64,000 nt of DNA from Eukaryota sp. TZLM1-RC (Eukaryota; Protista; Metamonada: BaSk clade). The notes beneath the pieces are model-generated. The model did not search any database. It worked only from the letters and a program-made list of their open reading frames with translations, and had not been told where the DNA came from. Of the stretch, positions 1 to 11,929 are shown piece by piece. Numbering within the stretch: position 1 is the first letter of the stretch; the number at the start of each line of letters is the position of its first letter. Location of the stretch: the NCBI GenBank assembly GCA_040285825.1, contig JAUPSS010000005.1, positions 620,001 through 684,000 on the forward strand, given 5' to 3'. Both the position numbers and the translations under genes were made by a program.

Positions 1-521
1 TATTTCAATTCAGCAATACTTTCCACAATATCGTCCAATGCACGATGAGTAAGACGCTTAGCGAATCGAGGAAGCGTAGGGAACCTACGGAAAGACAACT
101 CCTTGATGGTGGAGACGTCCACGATGCGATAATGAAGGTACTCATCTACCTTGGGGAAAAACTTCTTGATGAACACACGATCTGCATGTACAGTGTTTCC
201 GGCAAGAACTGCTACGCGACGGTCACAGTGCTTCTTCAGAAAATCAAAAAGCATCTCATGTGCATGTTCTTCTGTAATCGTTGACTCACGCACTCTCTGG
301 GTGAGCCCACTTTTTCCATGAGTGTTAGTGCACCACTCATCCATATTGTCAAGGAGAGAATCGGGTTGATGGATCACAATTGGACCCAATGAGTCCACTT
401 CATTGAGTTCTGAATCAGTGATTATGGCTGCAATCTCCATTACACGGTCATCATCGCCCAGTCCGGTATATTCTCCGTCAAACCAGAAGAGAGGTTGAGA
501 AACTTTTTGTGAAGTAGACAT
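1..521 (-). CDS. REXO2: Oligoribonuclease (DEDDh, Orn/REXO2 family), runs off the left edge; not in the ORF track
   Basis: Manual translation from ATG at 521: MSTSQKVSQPLFWFDGEYTGL...EIAAIITD...MDEWCTNTHGKSGL...AGNTVHADRVF...HYRIVDVSTIKEL...HRALDDIVESIAELK; all Orn motifs present. Confidence 0.93.
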   Translation of the reverse strand, partial: MSTSQKVSQPLFWFDGEYTGLGDDDRVMEIAAIITDSELNEVDSLGPIVIHQPDSLLDNMDEWCTNTHGKSGLTQRVRESTITEEHAHEMLFDFLKKHCDRRVAVLAGNTVHADRVFIKKFFPKVDEYLHYRIVDVSTIKELSFRRFPTLPRFAKRLTHRALDDIVESIAELK

Positions 522-1464
522 TAGCAAATAACACAAGAATGATAAAGAATTGATACAAATTGTGTTGATACAAATTGAGTATCGACTTATGTACATCTAC
601 AAAGGGCATCTTATCAAGAACACCAGGTACCCATGGTTTCAATTAGAGAAAAATATCATGCCTTAAAGAGTGTTGGATAAAAGGACGATATTTCTGTTAT
701 GGTCCTTCTGTTGTTCAATTGGCATCGATTGAAATCGCATCTGAATATGAAGCTATTGCACTGTATTTGTATTCCGGAGAATCTTTTTTCTGTGCAGCAT
801 TTAAAGAGTTGTAAATTGGGGATTGTGGCATTCCCGTTTCAAGAATTGTGGTGTTCATTGACAACAAGATATAAGTACGTGTACTCCTTTAGAACTAAAA
901 TTTGTGAATTTTCAGTTAGGGATTAAATACAAGCCAAAGTATATCTCAAAGGAATTCGTTTTTGATTTTTGTCATCGTACTTACCGTACACAGTAACCAT
1001 TACTTTGAATATGCAGCAATATGTTGAACTGGTGTTTTGTTGCTCTGATGCATTCAGGCTATGGTGTGGAAAAGTACATACTTAATAAACAGAAGGTTTG
1101 AAAACATTTTGGATTTGGGTTTTGTTAGTATCTAAAATAAATTGTTCGCTTTTTACAAACACCGATTCTTCTCATAATTAAATTGTCTTTCATTTATTAC
1201 TACTATTTTCCGAGCATCTTGAATAATAGAGAGTTTGGGTTAAGTTTATGCATCAAGGCGCTGAAATTGATATGTAAAATTTACAGCCGTTAATGTACAC
1301 GAAAACAAAATTATTCACAACAATTTATAACAAAAAGGGCTGTTATACACAAAATCTTAAACCTTTTCTTTAAATAACTGACACGTATCAGCAATCTCCT
1401 CAGTATCGACTCAATTTTTCACCTCTTCTTTGACAATCATGAATTTGATTTTGTCCTACTATTA

Positions 1465-3161
1465 TTGTTAAAAATACAAGGAATGAGGAAAAAAACGTTG
1501 AAATTGTTTTCCAGTGCACAAGAACATCCGGAATCATTTACTGAAGCAAATATCAAAATTAATAACTTAATAGAAGGAACTGGAGGAAAAACGTTCAATT
1601 CAAATTTTCCGACATGTAACGCTTGGACCTTCGAAGTTAGTAGCCAAAGATTTGGGGGTATTTTATGGTCATTTTTTACAGATGATGAAATAACTGAGAA
1701 AAAAAGTAATTCAGCATAGAATTCAATGACTGATATTCAACGTATGAATCCAGAAGAACAAAATTTGATATGGTCATAGTTTTGGAAATTAATAGAACAT
1801 TTAGTAAAAAAAGGCTACAAACGTAACAACACCATCAAAATTTATGGTTTTGCAGCCTGTATTGAGGTTGCAGGAGAGGATTGTATTGGCATATCCTTCA
1901 AGCCTGATAGTGCAAAGTTTGCAACGTTTGAGAACTATTTGGATGATTTGGACGTTGAATTTTCCATGATCAAAACACCAAGTACGTAGTGACCACGGTA
2001 AAAATGATTTGCTTTATTTTTGTAGTCAAAAAAGATTCAATTTGTATTTAAAAGAACAATTAAAAAGAGTTAAGCAATATGAGTGGCTGAGATTAACAAA
2101 GTTGGAGTGGTCAAGGGTGTCGAGAGTTCATCAAAACTCAAGCAAATTGACAAATAAAGAGTTTATTTTACAAAAAGGAATAACAGCGGAACAAATAGAA
2201 GCTACATTATCAAAAGAATTACCAAAATCTTTGATATATAATAATTTCTTTTTTTTAACTGGAATATTTAATGAGAAAAAAAATCTATCTAGAATTCAAT
2301 ATCCTCCAAACAAGCGTCACTATTACTGAACCTAATCACAGCATTACGTTCAAATTCTACATCAATAGCTAAAAGTGCCTTTAAAATCATTGTTGAATAG
2401 ACTTGAAAATGCAAAACACAATTCTATTTAACCAGAAAGTGGAATTCATTGTTTTACCAGACCTATTCAGTAACACTTTATTGAAATTTTCAAAAAAGTG
2501 TAACCCTGAAGGTCCAATATTGCCAAAAAGAGAAATTGCAAACGGCACAAACTGATATTTCACATGTTCCACTCCACCTAACTGTGCCAAAGGTTCTTCA
2601 TATTTTTTATCTTCTTTTTTTTCATAATTTCTATTCCTTTGTTGCTTCTAAGCTATCAAACATCATATTTGATTACTGTTGTTTAGTGATATGAAACATT
2701 CAAAAAAAAGCAAAGATATTTCCATCATCAGAAAATTAAGACTGACTGAAAAGCAAAGAAAGCAAGAAGATACTATCATAATGTTTGGTGACAATGGCAA
2801 TAAGATAAAGAATTTAAAGCATCATCGATCAAGTAGAGGAGTTGGATGGAAAAATTTCTTTAAGAAAAATGGGTCTACAGTATGTTTAGTTGATGAAAGA
2901 AGCACTTCAAAGTGTCCAACTTGTTGTAACCCAGTAAATGTATTTCTTGACGTTGAGAATCCTAGACCATGGATGAGAGAAAAGTACTCTACTGTGAAAT
3001 GTTTTGCTTTGCTAAGATGTCGATCTGAAGTTTGTAGAGAAAAATGTGATAGAAAGTGCAAGACACTGGATCGTATCAAGTTAGCATGTATCAACATCAA
3101 GGCAATTGTAGATTATTTTGTAGAGGATAGTGTTGGTGATAGGCCTCCATATTTGTCTTAA
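1465..3161 (+). mobile_element. Degenerate Fanzor1 (TnpB-like RuvC nuclease) gene, interrupted by a retroelement fragment
   Basis: KKGYKRNNTIKIYG (F.N.I.TDG-like, ~1810), RuvC-I-like DHGKNDLLYFC (1991), then FGD...VCLVDERSTSKCPTC...ENPRPW...LLRC...C...DRIKLACINI...RPPYL; stops and frameshifts present. Confidence 0.82.
2330..2640 (-). mobile_element. 3' fragment of an RLE non-LTR retrotransposon inserted in the Fanzor
   Basis: KYQFVPFAISLFGNIGPSG...FWLNRIVFCIFK, the RLE C-terminus shared with other copies in the window. Confidence 0.75.
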
Positions 3162-3289
3162 GTTATAGTGTTTTGCAACAGTAAATCCGTTGCTTTTTGG
3201 ATTTTTCCCTTGGGTATTCAATATCATGTCATAACATCAGCAATGCAGCATGTTTCACCATTATACCATTCACATAATAATATTCAACC

Positions 3290-4690
3290 AAACTCTTCGA
3301 GTCTTTTCCTTTACAAGTACATTGAAAACCTCCTCCATCGAAAGCCAAAGTAAACTTACCTAGAGAACCGAGCAAAGCAAAAACTAAGGGGCATAAATAA
3401 TTTTGGGAATGAGAATTTTCATTGACAGAAGAAATAGGTTTCGTGTATTTAGGAATTGTATATTTTTCTCCAGATAGAGAAAAATTATTGACAGCTGAAT
3501 TAATGAAGTGTTGGTTTGAATAATTACAAGGGTCAACAGACATGGCGTCTAAAATAGTAAAGCTTCCATTTAAGCCGGGAACAACCAAATCACCTCTTGT
3601 CTTGTCCTTACCCATAGAGGCTCTATTATAGGGCGTACTATCAATATTGGGGTCATGAAGAATTAATTTTGATAACAACGGCTCTAAAAAGGAATCTACT
3701 CGATATGATTTGCACATGACATAAATTTGGTCCCTGACATTATCATGCACTTTACTTCTCAATGTCATGAAATGCTCACAGTTCAGAAGTTGAGTAAACA
3801 AAAGAGGTTTACCACAATTACATGTTAAATGATTAAGGAAATTTTTTGGCCATATAAAACAACGAAAACGCGTGTTTTAAAGCAATTCATTGTCAAAAGA
3901 AGTCTATAAATTGAGGCAATTTGAGTTACTAAAGCAGCAGCAGAACTATCACGAATGTCCTTTAAAAAATTTCCAAAAGCGGGATTTTCAGTTTTGGCCA
4001 AGCCAAGTCTTACTTGATAATCCAAGCCTTCATATAATTTAACCAGATGGTGCTAAAGCTTTTTCATTCAAAACGTCAACTTGGGAGTGATCGGTTTGCA
4101 ATTTCCGGAACATTTTGAGGAAAACACTGAATCCAGATATCACTGGGCAAATTATCTAATTCAAATTGAAATTGATTTGAGTAAAAATTTGATTCACCAT
4201 GGATCAGATGAACATCATAAGGGAACCTTTGGAAAAATTGAAAAACAAAAGTTTTTCCACCTCCAGAAAATGCTGCGTTACACAAAATCGAAGATTTGAT
4301 GAAACCAATTCCACCCAAATCAGCAGAACAAAATACATGACTTCGAATCAAAGATTCATTAACTTCTAATAAGGAAGAAGAGAATTTGACCCGCAGTTTG
4401 TTAAAAGATTTGCAAAAATCAAGAGACACAGAAGAGCGAGTTAATCTTTAAATACGAGTGAATTTTCCAGAATAACAAATTTTTAAAAAAATTTGATGTG
4501 TTTTTCAATGTCACATTGAGCAATAAAACTAAGAGCCTTGTCAAAATTCTCCAATAAATTGTTCAACTGGGAATAAATTTCATACAAATTACCAAGCATA
4601 CATCCAGGAAACTCAAACGCTTGTTGGTCATAATTGATAAAAGCAATCTGAGCACCACCAATCAATAAAGATTGTTGTCTCTACTAATAA
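3290..4690 (-). mobile_element. Degenerate CRE-like retrotransposon (family C): thumb, CCHC and RLE
   Basis: SADLGGIGF, LLNC...RSKVHDNVRDQ...EP...RGD...D motifs across ORFs 3229-4665; many frameshifts. Confidence 0.85.
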
Positions 4691-4875
4691 TAAAAAGCGA
4701 GTTGTTCAAGTGAATGACCAAAATTTCTCGCCATTCAATTCATTGGCTTTTCACTAAGTTAAAGGTTTAGTTAAGGTTTATTGTGGAGTTTAAATTTTTT
4801 TATGTTGCTGGAATAAACGTTTACTTTGAAATAATTATGATTGGAAGATTCACAAATTTGATAACTCAACCGGAA

Positions 4876-6218
4876 ATGTCTCACGATCAACATGATATTC
4901 CATCCGTGGACAGTACTCCTCCTGCATTGGTAGATCAGGAATCATCGGAGGCCATACCTTATCATACATCTTCCCCATTTTCCGTTTCACAAGACCCACT
5001 TCACAATACGACCCAACAATTTACTATTTCCGATGATGTCAGTCCCCGTCAAATTCACACTGAACCTCCTCGATTCACCTCTACCTTCTCTTTTGAAACA
5101 CTCCAAGAACTCCCTCTCCCTGAACACACAACATCCTTTCTTTCCTTCCTCTCGAGCCACGTCAGCCAGCTTCTATCACGTGATCGTTTTGCACTTTTGA
5201 CCCTTTGGAAACGTTTCATTAACCTTGCTGACATTGAGATCGTGAGACAACACCACCATCGATGTGTGTTTTGTAGACTTACCTTACCCCAGTCCTTTCC
5301 ATTCAAAACTCAATATTCAATCATTTTGCTTCATATAATAACTCTAGTGGTTTAATTAAACCTTTAATTATAATTATTAATAGATTTACTACAGACAAAT
5401 CTTTATCTGTTTTTCATTTACCATTATTGAAAACTATTTGGGAATGTGGATTTTGGAATTTAATTCCAAAGTTATCAAATATTTTGATGAATACCTATCA
5501 GAGTGATGAAATTTTCCCACCAAAAGCAGCTCAAATTCTCGAATATTTAAAAATTTTGTCATATCTCCACGCCAACCTTTACGATTTCAAACAGTGTTTT
5601 TCCTTCATTTCAATGTTCGAATCTATTTCAGATGATGTAAATTCTGAATTTTCTTTATTATCTGATGTAATTACTTCAATATTAGAAAAACCAAAGAAAA
5701 TAGACAAGGAAATCTTTAAGCAAGATACGAATCTTGCTGAGTTTAAGAAAATTGTCAAAATTTTGGGAAATTTTGACGGTTCGAATAGAGCTCATTTGGT
5801 TGAAATATTGAGCAAAGTTGAACCTTTTGTTTCACATTTTGGATTAAATTTTGTTAAATCTTCACCTCATATTCATTTGCTTAAAGGTCTTGACTCTGTA
5901 GCAACTGTCTGGAAGACACTTTCCCAATCAAAAATGATTGATTTGATTGGGTTTGATGGTGAATTTGATTTAGAACGCGAATTATTGAAAATTTACTTTA
6001 ACTCAAATTTTTCACATTTAATCGGGGTTATTCCAAGAATAGATCAGAAGTCAGGGTCAATTTCTCTCGAATATAGGCCTATTGATTCAACTGAGGTTTT
6101 CAAAAAACTTTCTGAATTTAGTCATCAAATAAAAGTAGGCGAAGTTGCACACAAAAGGAATAATTTAGAAGGATTAAAGATTAAAAACAAGGAGAGAAGA
6201 ACAACTTTTCCACTTTAG
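4876..6218 (+). CDS. Hypothetical protein (~437 aa) with a possible C-terminal PCI/winged-helix region; intron 5264-5292
   Basis: 29-nt GTGTGT...CCCCAG intron joins ORFs 4783 and 5427 in one open frame; WKTLSQSKMIDLIGF...LERELL...PRIDQKSGSISL resembles PCI C-termini. Confidence 0.6.
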
Positions 6219-6721
6219 ATGTATATATGTCAAAATAAAAGGTCATTAATCATTTTGATTGGTAATTTGATGGGTAAAAACATAAATAGTACAAATTTTG
6301 ATCATATTAACCAACAATAACAATTTCTAAATATTCATCAATAACAGTAGATTAGTTTCACAATCAAAATAACCCCTAAAACAACAACTAAGTAAATTTT
6401 AATTAAATAATTATGAAAACTAGAACAATTTTGTGACAATATTACTGTTTAGTATCCTTGACACAAGCCTGAGGACAGCAGGAAAAGAAAGAGTTCAAAA
6501 ATAGTTGAAAATTATAGAATGGGTTAAGTAAAAACAAAAACAACTAAAGCCGATGCTTATGGAAAAAACCAAAAGGTAAAAATAACTGGCTTATTTAAGA
6601 TTAATAAATCTATTTACAAGAATAACAAATTAAAATAATTATGGACAAGAAAAAAAACTTGAAAAATCAAAAAAATACGAAAATGATAAATAATATAAGT
6701 ACAATTAAATAAAAAAATAAA

Positions 6722-7159
6722 TTAAATACTCAAATCTATTTCCTCTTCACTAGGAACTCCCTCCTCAATCACTGGATCTAATGCTACGTCAACAGTCCTT
6801 GCTCTTTTGTGAGGAGGTTCATCAACATTAGGGTTAGGGTTAGAAGAGTCAACAGAATTAAGAATTGATAGTATCTTGTTCAAATCTTCATCAGAAATCT
6901 TACGTAGCATTCTCCCAAATGCTCCTACTTGAGAAAGTTCATCAAATAGTGATTGTGGAGGGGGACTAGGTTTGGACCATATCACACCTCGTTTAAGAAG
7001 AGAAGAGAGTTCACGGGATGGTGGTTTAGAAGCAGCTGATGGTTGGGATTTGTGAGGACTTTCAAGAGAATGGGTACATGTAGCTTTGTTTCCTTGCTGT
7101 TGACAATGTGCGCAAGTGTAACATCGTTTGTCAGAGCCAGAAGGTTCACCACAGGTCAT
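6722..7159 (-). CDS. Hypothetical protein with a degenerate zinc knuckle; may be TE-derived
   Basis: YTCAHCQQQGNKATC resembles the retroelement knuckle YRCSKCRQQGHNARTC; AT-rich 3' region follows the stop. Confidence 0.35.
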   Translation of the reverse strand: MTCGEPSGSDKRCYTCAHCQQQGNKATCTHSLESPHKSQPSAASKPPSRELSSLLKRGVIWSKPSPPPQSLFDELSQVGAFGRMLRKISDEDLNKILSILNSVDSSNPNPNVDEPPHKRARTVDVALDPVIEEGVPSEEEIDLSI

Positions 7160-7220
7160 GGGCAGAGGGAATGGTAATTGAAAATTATTTACCATTATTA
7201 CATTATTGCCAATTTTTTAT

Positions 7221-7801
7221 ATTTATTGAATTTGCACACTTGATTAAATTAAATCATAACTAATGGGACGACTATCATTAAACCAAGATTTCCTCTACAA
7301 AATCTTGATTTGCTTGCTGTCTAGCTAAAGCTTCTCTAATTCGATTGAAAAACCGCGGTAATCTATTAATAATGGCAAATTGAATCCGTGAACGCCCACA
7401 TTATTGCTGAAATACACTGTGAATTATTATGACAATAAAATTAATAGTACATTATTAGTCAGTAAAAAAACTAAATAAAAGCCTAAGACTTACTGACATT
7501 ATTAAGACTCTGACCAAAAACTCTGAATTGGGACTGATACTACAAGTTTTCAAAGATCCATTCAAAGATCCCCGGAGTTTCATCCTTTCGCTTGGCGCTA
7601 ATTAAATTCAATAGAAGAAAGACAGAAAGAGTCTATTCTCGTTTCAATTGTGTCATTTTATGTAACACAATTTATTTGGAAATCTTTAATCAAACTAAAT
7701 TGTTTCCATTGTTTAGCCGGAATCAATCACGTTTCGTGTTTGTTGAAAGAAATAGTCAATAATTTCTGAACAGTCCATTTATTATTAGAATTATATATTA
7801 T
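7221..7801. repeat. Left arm of 581-bp inverted repeat (outer ~178 bp = 3' end of retro family A)
   Basis: Reverse complement of 9080-9660; only 2 mismatches seen by eye. Confidence 0.95.
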
Positions 7802-7974
7802 CATTATTTACTATTTACTATTTTGGAATTTTACTTGATTACGTCAACAAGAATATTTTGTCTAATTTAAATCTAAAAAAAGTTGTCTGTGGATAGAAAG
7901 TAAATGTACCATATTCAATTGCAATAATTCATCCAATTTACATTTGCTGTAAAATTGGAACGGAAAAAATTAAT

Positions 7975-8758
7975 TTACTCAACCAAATTTATTATTTTCA
8001 AACATTCTTGACAAAATTCTTCCTTGGTGAAGCTTCCCTTTTTATCAATAAAAGTAATTAATTTTTCAACTTCCATTGGTGTCACGTATACAAAATAATC
8101 ACCATCAAAATAACCGACAATTTGACTGTCATCAATCAATCTGGTCAATCGAAGCCTACAGTCCCGGTCAGAAATACCAAAGTGACTGGCAACTTCCCTA
8201 ATCAACACCTGCTTTCTTTCCTTTGCAAACGAAACCAAATCACTAGATATCTGAATCTCAACAGCATCCTTCACTGGTGCATAACGTCCACTCGCCAATG
8301 TTTTGAAGTGCTCCTTCCACCTACTGTACTCTTCTTGCATTTGACGCTCCTTGATTTCAGCCTGACGGGCATTTTCTTGATCTTTCCTCCTTTCTTCTTC
8401 GATCTCCTTCTGTCTTTGGAGTCTGTACCGTTCTTCTTCCTCTTCTTGACGTTGTCTCGCCTGTTCTCGTTCACTTTGCTCAATGAGGCGCTGTCTCCTC
8501 ATTTCGTGTTTTTGTTGCATTTTTTCTTGTTTTTTCTTACCAACTCGTTCTAGAATGAGAATGGGGAGTAGTCACACTTCTTATGAGTAATTCATTGGCA
8601 GCATCTTCATGCTGAAGGTCAAGTTCCGCAAGTTGTTCATTAAGTTGTTCAGAAGGGGGATTGAGAAGATCTGAGTTATAAAGTCTGTACAGAATGTAAA
8701 TGATAACCAGTAGAAGTATCACGGCGAGTACAAAACCCACGCCATGGACTGAGTACAT
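7975..8758 (-). CDS. DDRGK1: DDRGK1/UFBP1 (UFM1 pathway ER adaptor), ~251 aa; intron 8550-8577
   Basis: N-terminal TM helix; 28-nt GTGTGA...TTCTAG intron restores RVGKKKQEK; E/R-rich coil; EEYSRWKEHF; winged-helix KQVLIREVASHFG...GYFDGDYFVYVTPME...FIDKKG. Confidence 0.82.
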
Positions 8759-9079
8759 GGATTGAAGATCTAAGGAGGATCAGGTCAAGCTAAACTTTTT
8801 GATTGAATTTCCTCCAATTTTGATTTCTGTTCCACTTCTTGTCAATTATTTCAAACCAAAACGCCAATCTCCCTAATGCAAACACCATACACATCAAACT
8901 TTTGACCAATTTTTTAAATTGATTTAATTTAACTTTCATGTCTGACCTTGCATTTTTTTTGACGCAATATATTTTATTCATTTAACAAAAAATATGAAAA
9001 AATAAAATGACTGACCTTGCAGTGATGAAATATTTCATTCGATATTGTTTATGTGTGAATATACTTCAATCCATATAAC

Positions 9080-9660
9080 ATAATATATAATTCTAATAAT
9101 AAATGGACTGTTCAGAAATTATTGACTATTTCTTTCAACAAACACGAAACGTGATTGATTCCGGCTAAACAATGGAAACAATTTAGTTTGATTAAAGATT
9201 TCCAAATAAATTGTGTTACATAAAATGACACAATTGAAACGAGAATAGACTCTTTCTGTCTTTCTTCTATTGAATTTAATTAGCGCCAAGCGAAAGGATG
9301 AAACTCCGGGGATCTTTGAATGGATCTTTGAAAACTTGTAGTGTCAGTCCCAATTCAGAGTTTTTGGTCAGAGTCTTAATAATGTCAGTAAGTCTTAGGC
9401 TTTTATTTAGTTTTTTTACTGACTAATAATGTACTATTAATTTTATTGTCATAATAATTCACAGTGTATTTCAGCAATAATGTGGGCGTTCACGGATTCA
9501 ATTTGCCATTATTAATAGATTACCGCGGTTTTTCAATCGAATTAGAGAAGCTTTAGCTAGACAGCAAGCAAATCAAGATTTTGTAGAGGAAATCTTGGTT
9601 TAATGATAGTCGTCCCATTAGTTATGATTTTATTTAATCAAGTGTGCAAATTCAATAAAT
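9080..9660. repeat. Right arm of 581-bp inverted repeat
   Basis: Reverse complement of 7221-7801. Confidence 0.95.
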
Positions 9661-9797
9661 TAATATTTATCTTGTCAACCAATATTTCAAGCACACTCCA
9701 TAAGTTCATTCATTGTTCTAGAATAATTTCAACATGACAAAATTCCATTTGGTGATGTGTCAAATAACTGAAAAAATTTTTCCAACTAATTTTGAAC

Positions 9798-11843
9798 CTA
9801 AACACAATTACCACACCAAGCAACAGCATTAGCTATTAATAAATGACCATCAGCTGATGAAGGCCAATGGTAACCATGATTACCATCATAACTGGGAGAA
9901 AAATACCCAAATTCAACTAATCTAGCATTACCAACTAGTTTCTTGGCAATTAAAGGGGTTCCATTATTAATAGTAGCAACCAAGGTTCCACTAGTGAGTT
10001 TGTTGTTGATTCTGGCACTATTTGAGGAAAAAGAGCGAACATTTGTTAGTAAAGGATCATTAGGAAGTGTTGGAGTCATGGTGAGTTGGGATCGTGGGTG
10101 TCCTGGGTTGAAATAACCATATTTACCCTCCTCAAAACAAGAGTAATCAAAACCATTTGCTGGATCCCCATTAAACAGTACCAAACCTTTTTCTGATTCA
10201 AGTATTTCATTAAGAAAAGAAGCTGGCCAATTCATGCAACGACCCTCCACAACAAAAACATCAAGACCATTTAATTCATCGAAAATGTTGGCCTGATTGC
10301 TTTGATTGATTGAAATCTCGACGTGACTCCAATTCTGATTAAATCCTTTTCTTGTCTTGGATACAATATCATTTAAGTATCCTTTGTCACAACAATAAAC
10401 CCCAACATTAAGCCTAAAACCAACTTCCCTTCCCAATAACCTTTTAGAAACTTCCCTAATATTACCTTGATTACAACTAGCCTTTAACACCTCCTCCAAC
10501 CAACTTTCCTTATTGCCATTAACCACATTAGAAAGGGTCAAATTAGAAAGGAAATCGACAGGAATTTCAACGACTTCTGGTAATGATTGAAAACGGTAAT
10601 TGTCGATAACTTTGGTTATCAAGTCAGTTACTGAGTAGTTAACTCCAAAATTTAAAATATTGGTAAATGCTTCTTGATTTAATTCACCAAAATCAATTTT
10701 GTTGGTAATAGATTTCAAATCTTCAATGGTGACCAAACTTGAAAATTGAAGAAGCCAAATAAAATCATTTGATTTGATTACCCTAGATTGAGTAATAAAT
10801 AAGGAAATTGTTTTTGACTTTAAATCATCAGAAATTACACAAGAAAGAATTTCCTCAACAATTGGTCTATCTACATCACACGTGGCATTCATTTGACACG
10901 CCATGACGACATCTTCAGCTCTTTTCGAAATATTCAAGCTGCTGACATCGAGCAGATCTTTTTTAAGCCATTTTTCCAATAAGCTCATTTGAAATTTCTT
11001 GGCGAAATTTTCAACATTTTCAAAACTTTGTACCCAAATATTCTGATAATTTTGTAGAACATTAATGGCATTTTGGACACACTGAATACCTCGATCCTTT
11101 AAATCACCTTGAATCAATAGATTCTCATCAAAAACTTCACCAGAATCAATTTGATTGATTAAAGTTGCTGATTGTTTGATCAAATCAGCGATCAAATCAT
11201 TGAGGCTTGATTGGCCTGTAGAAAGAGTTTCCTTGACCACCTGCTCAACTCTTTCAGTTGGTTCTTCCAGACCAAGCGTGCACGTGCTCAATCCTCTTTG
11301 TAAATCCTTCACCTCTTCAGTGACGGCTTCCTTTGCATCAGAGAGAGGAAGTAAACATTTGTTGTGAGCGGCATGGCCTTCTAAAAGACCACAGGCATCG
11401 CAAATGGCGACCTTGCAGTGGGTACAAAAGTACTCAAGGTCTTTTTTCTTATGGCGAGGACACTTGATGATGGCTAGGGAGGCTTTTTCTTGAAAAGGGA
11501 CGATGTTGTGGTTCTTGAACAATCTGGAACCATGAAAATGAGCAGAGCATTGTTCACAGAGGGTTGCAGCACATTGTATGCAAAAGAGAGATGCATCGGA
11601 TTCAAGGCAGTTGTCACAAACGGGTGATTCCTTTGGTTTCTGGTTGAGAGCATCGATTGCCTCTAGAAGGGCTATATTGATGCAGAGGGTTCTTTGGGGT
11701 ACATCCTTTCGGCAGGAGGGACATGTGGAGTTGGATTTCAACCATTTGGAGAGACATTTAGATCGACAAAAGCTATGTCCACAGAGGAGGGTGGTGGGCT
11801 CCTCCATTGTTTTGAGACATATACCACACTCAAGAAGACTCAT
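9798..11843 (-). CDS. TRIM-like protein: RING, two B-boxes, coiled coil, C-terminal alpha/beta domain (681 aa)
   Basis: CGIC...CGHSFC..C...CPSCR RING; CDNC..C..C..C..H..H and CPRH..C..C..C..C..H..H B-boxes. Confidence 0.9.
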   Translation of the reverse strand: MSLLECGICLKTMEEPTTLLCGHSFCRSKCLSKWLKSNSTCPSCRKDVPQRTLCINIALLEAIDALNQKPKESPVCDNCLESDASLFCIQCAATLCEQCSAHFHGSRLFKNHNIVPFQEKASLAIIKCPRHKKKDLEYFCTHCKVAICDACGLLEGHAAHNKCLLPLSDAKEAVTEEVKDLQRGLSTCTLGLEEPTERVEQVVKETLSTGQSSLNDLIADLIKQSATLINQIDSGEVFDENLLIQGDLKDRGIQCVQNAINVLQNYQNIWVQSFENVENFAKKFQMSLLEKWLKKDLLDVSSLNISKRAEDVVMACQMNATCDVDRPIVEEILSCVISDDLKSKTISLFITQSRVIKSNDFIWLLQFSSLVTIEDLKSITNKIDFGELNQEAFTNILNFGVNYSVTDLITKVIDNYRFQSLPEVVEIPVDFLSNLTLSNVVNGNKESWLEEVLKASCNQGNIREVSKRLLGREVGFRLNVGVYCCDKGYLNDIVSKTRKGFNQNWSHVEISINQSNQANIFDELNGLDVFVVEGRCMNWPASFLNEILESEKGLVLFNGDPANGFDYSCFEEGKYGYFNPGHPRSQLTMTPTLPNDPLLTNVRSFSSNSARINNKLTSGTLVATINNGTPLIAKKLVGNARLVEFGYFSPSYDGNHGYHWPSSADGHLLIANAVAWCGNCV

Positions 11844-11929
11844 TGGAGCAAGATACCAGAAGAGTCTGTCTGGATTTATTACTTAAATTTTTGACGCAGA
11901 GAAATGATTCTCAAACCTCAATTCTTAAC

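Noticed and set aside
45-284. 79-aa plus-strand ORF, and similar short antisense ORFs across the window
   Set aside because: Shadow frames of real genes or TEs on the opposite strand (here oligoribonuclease)
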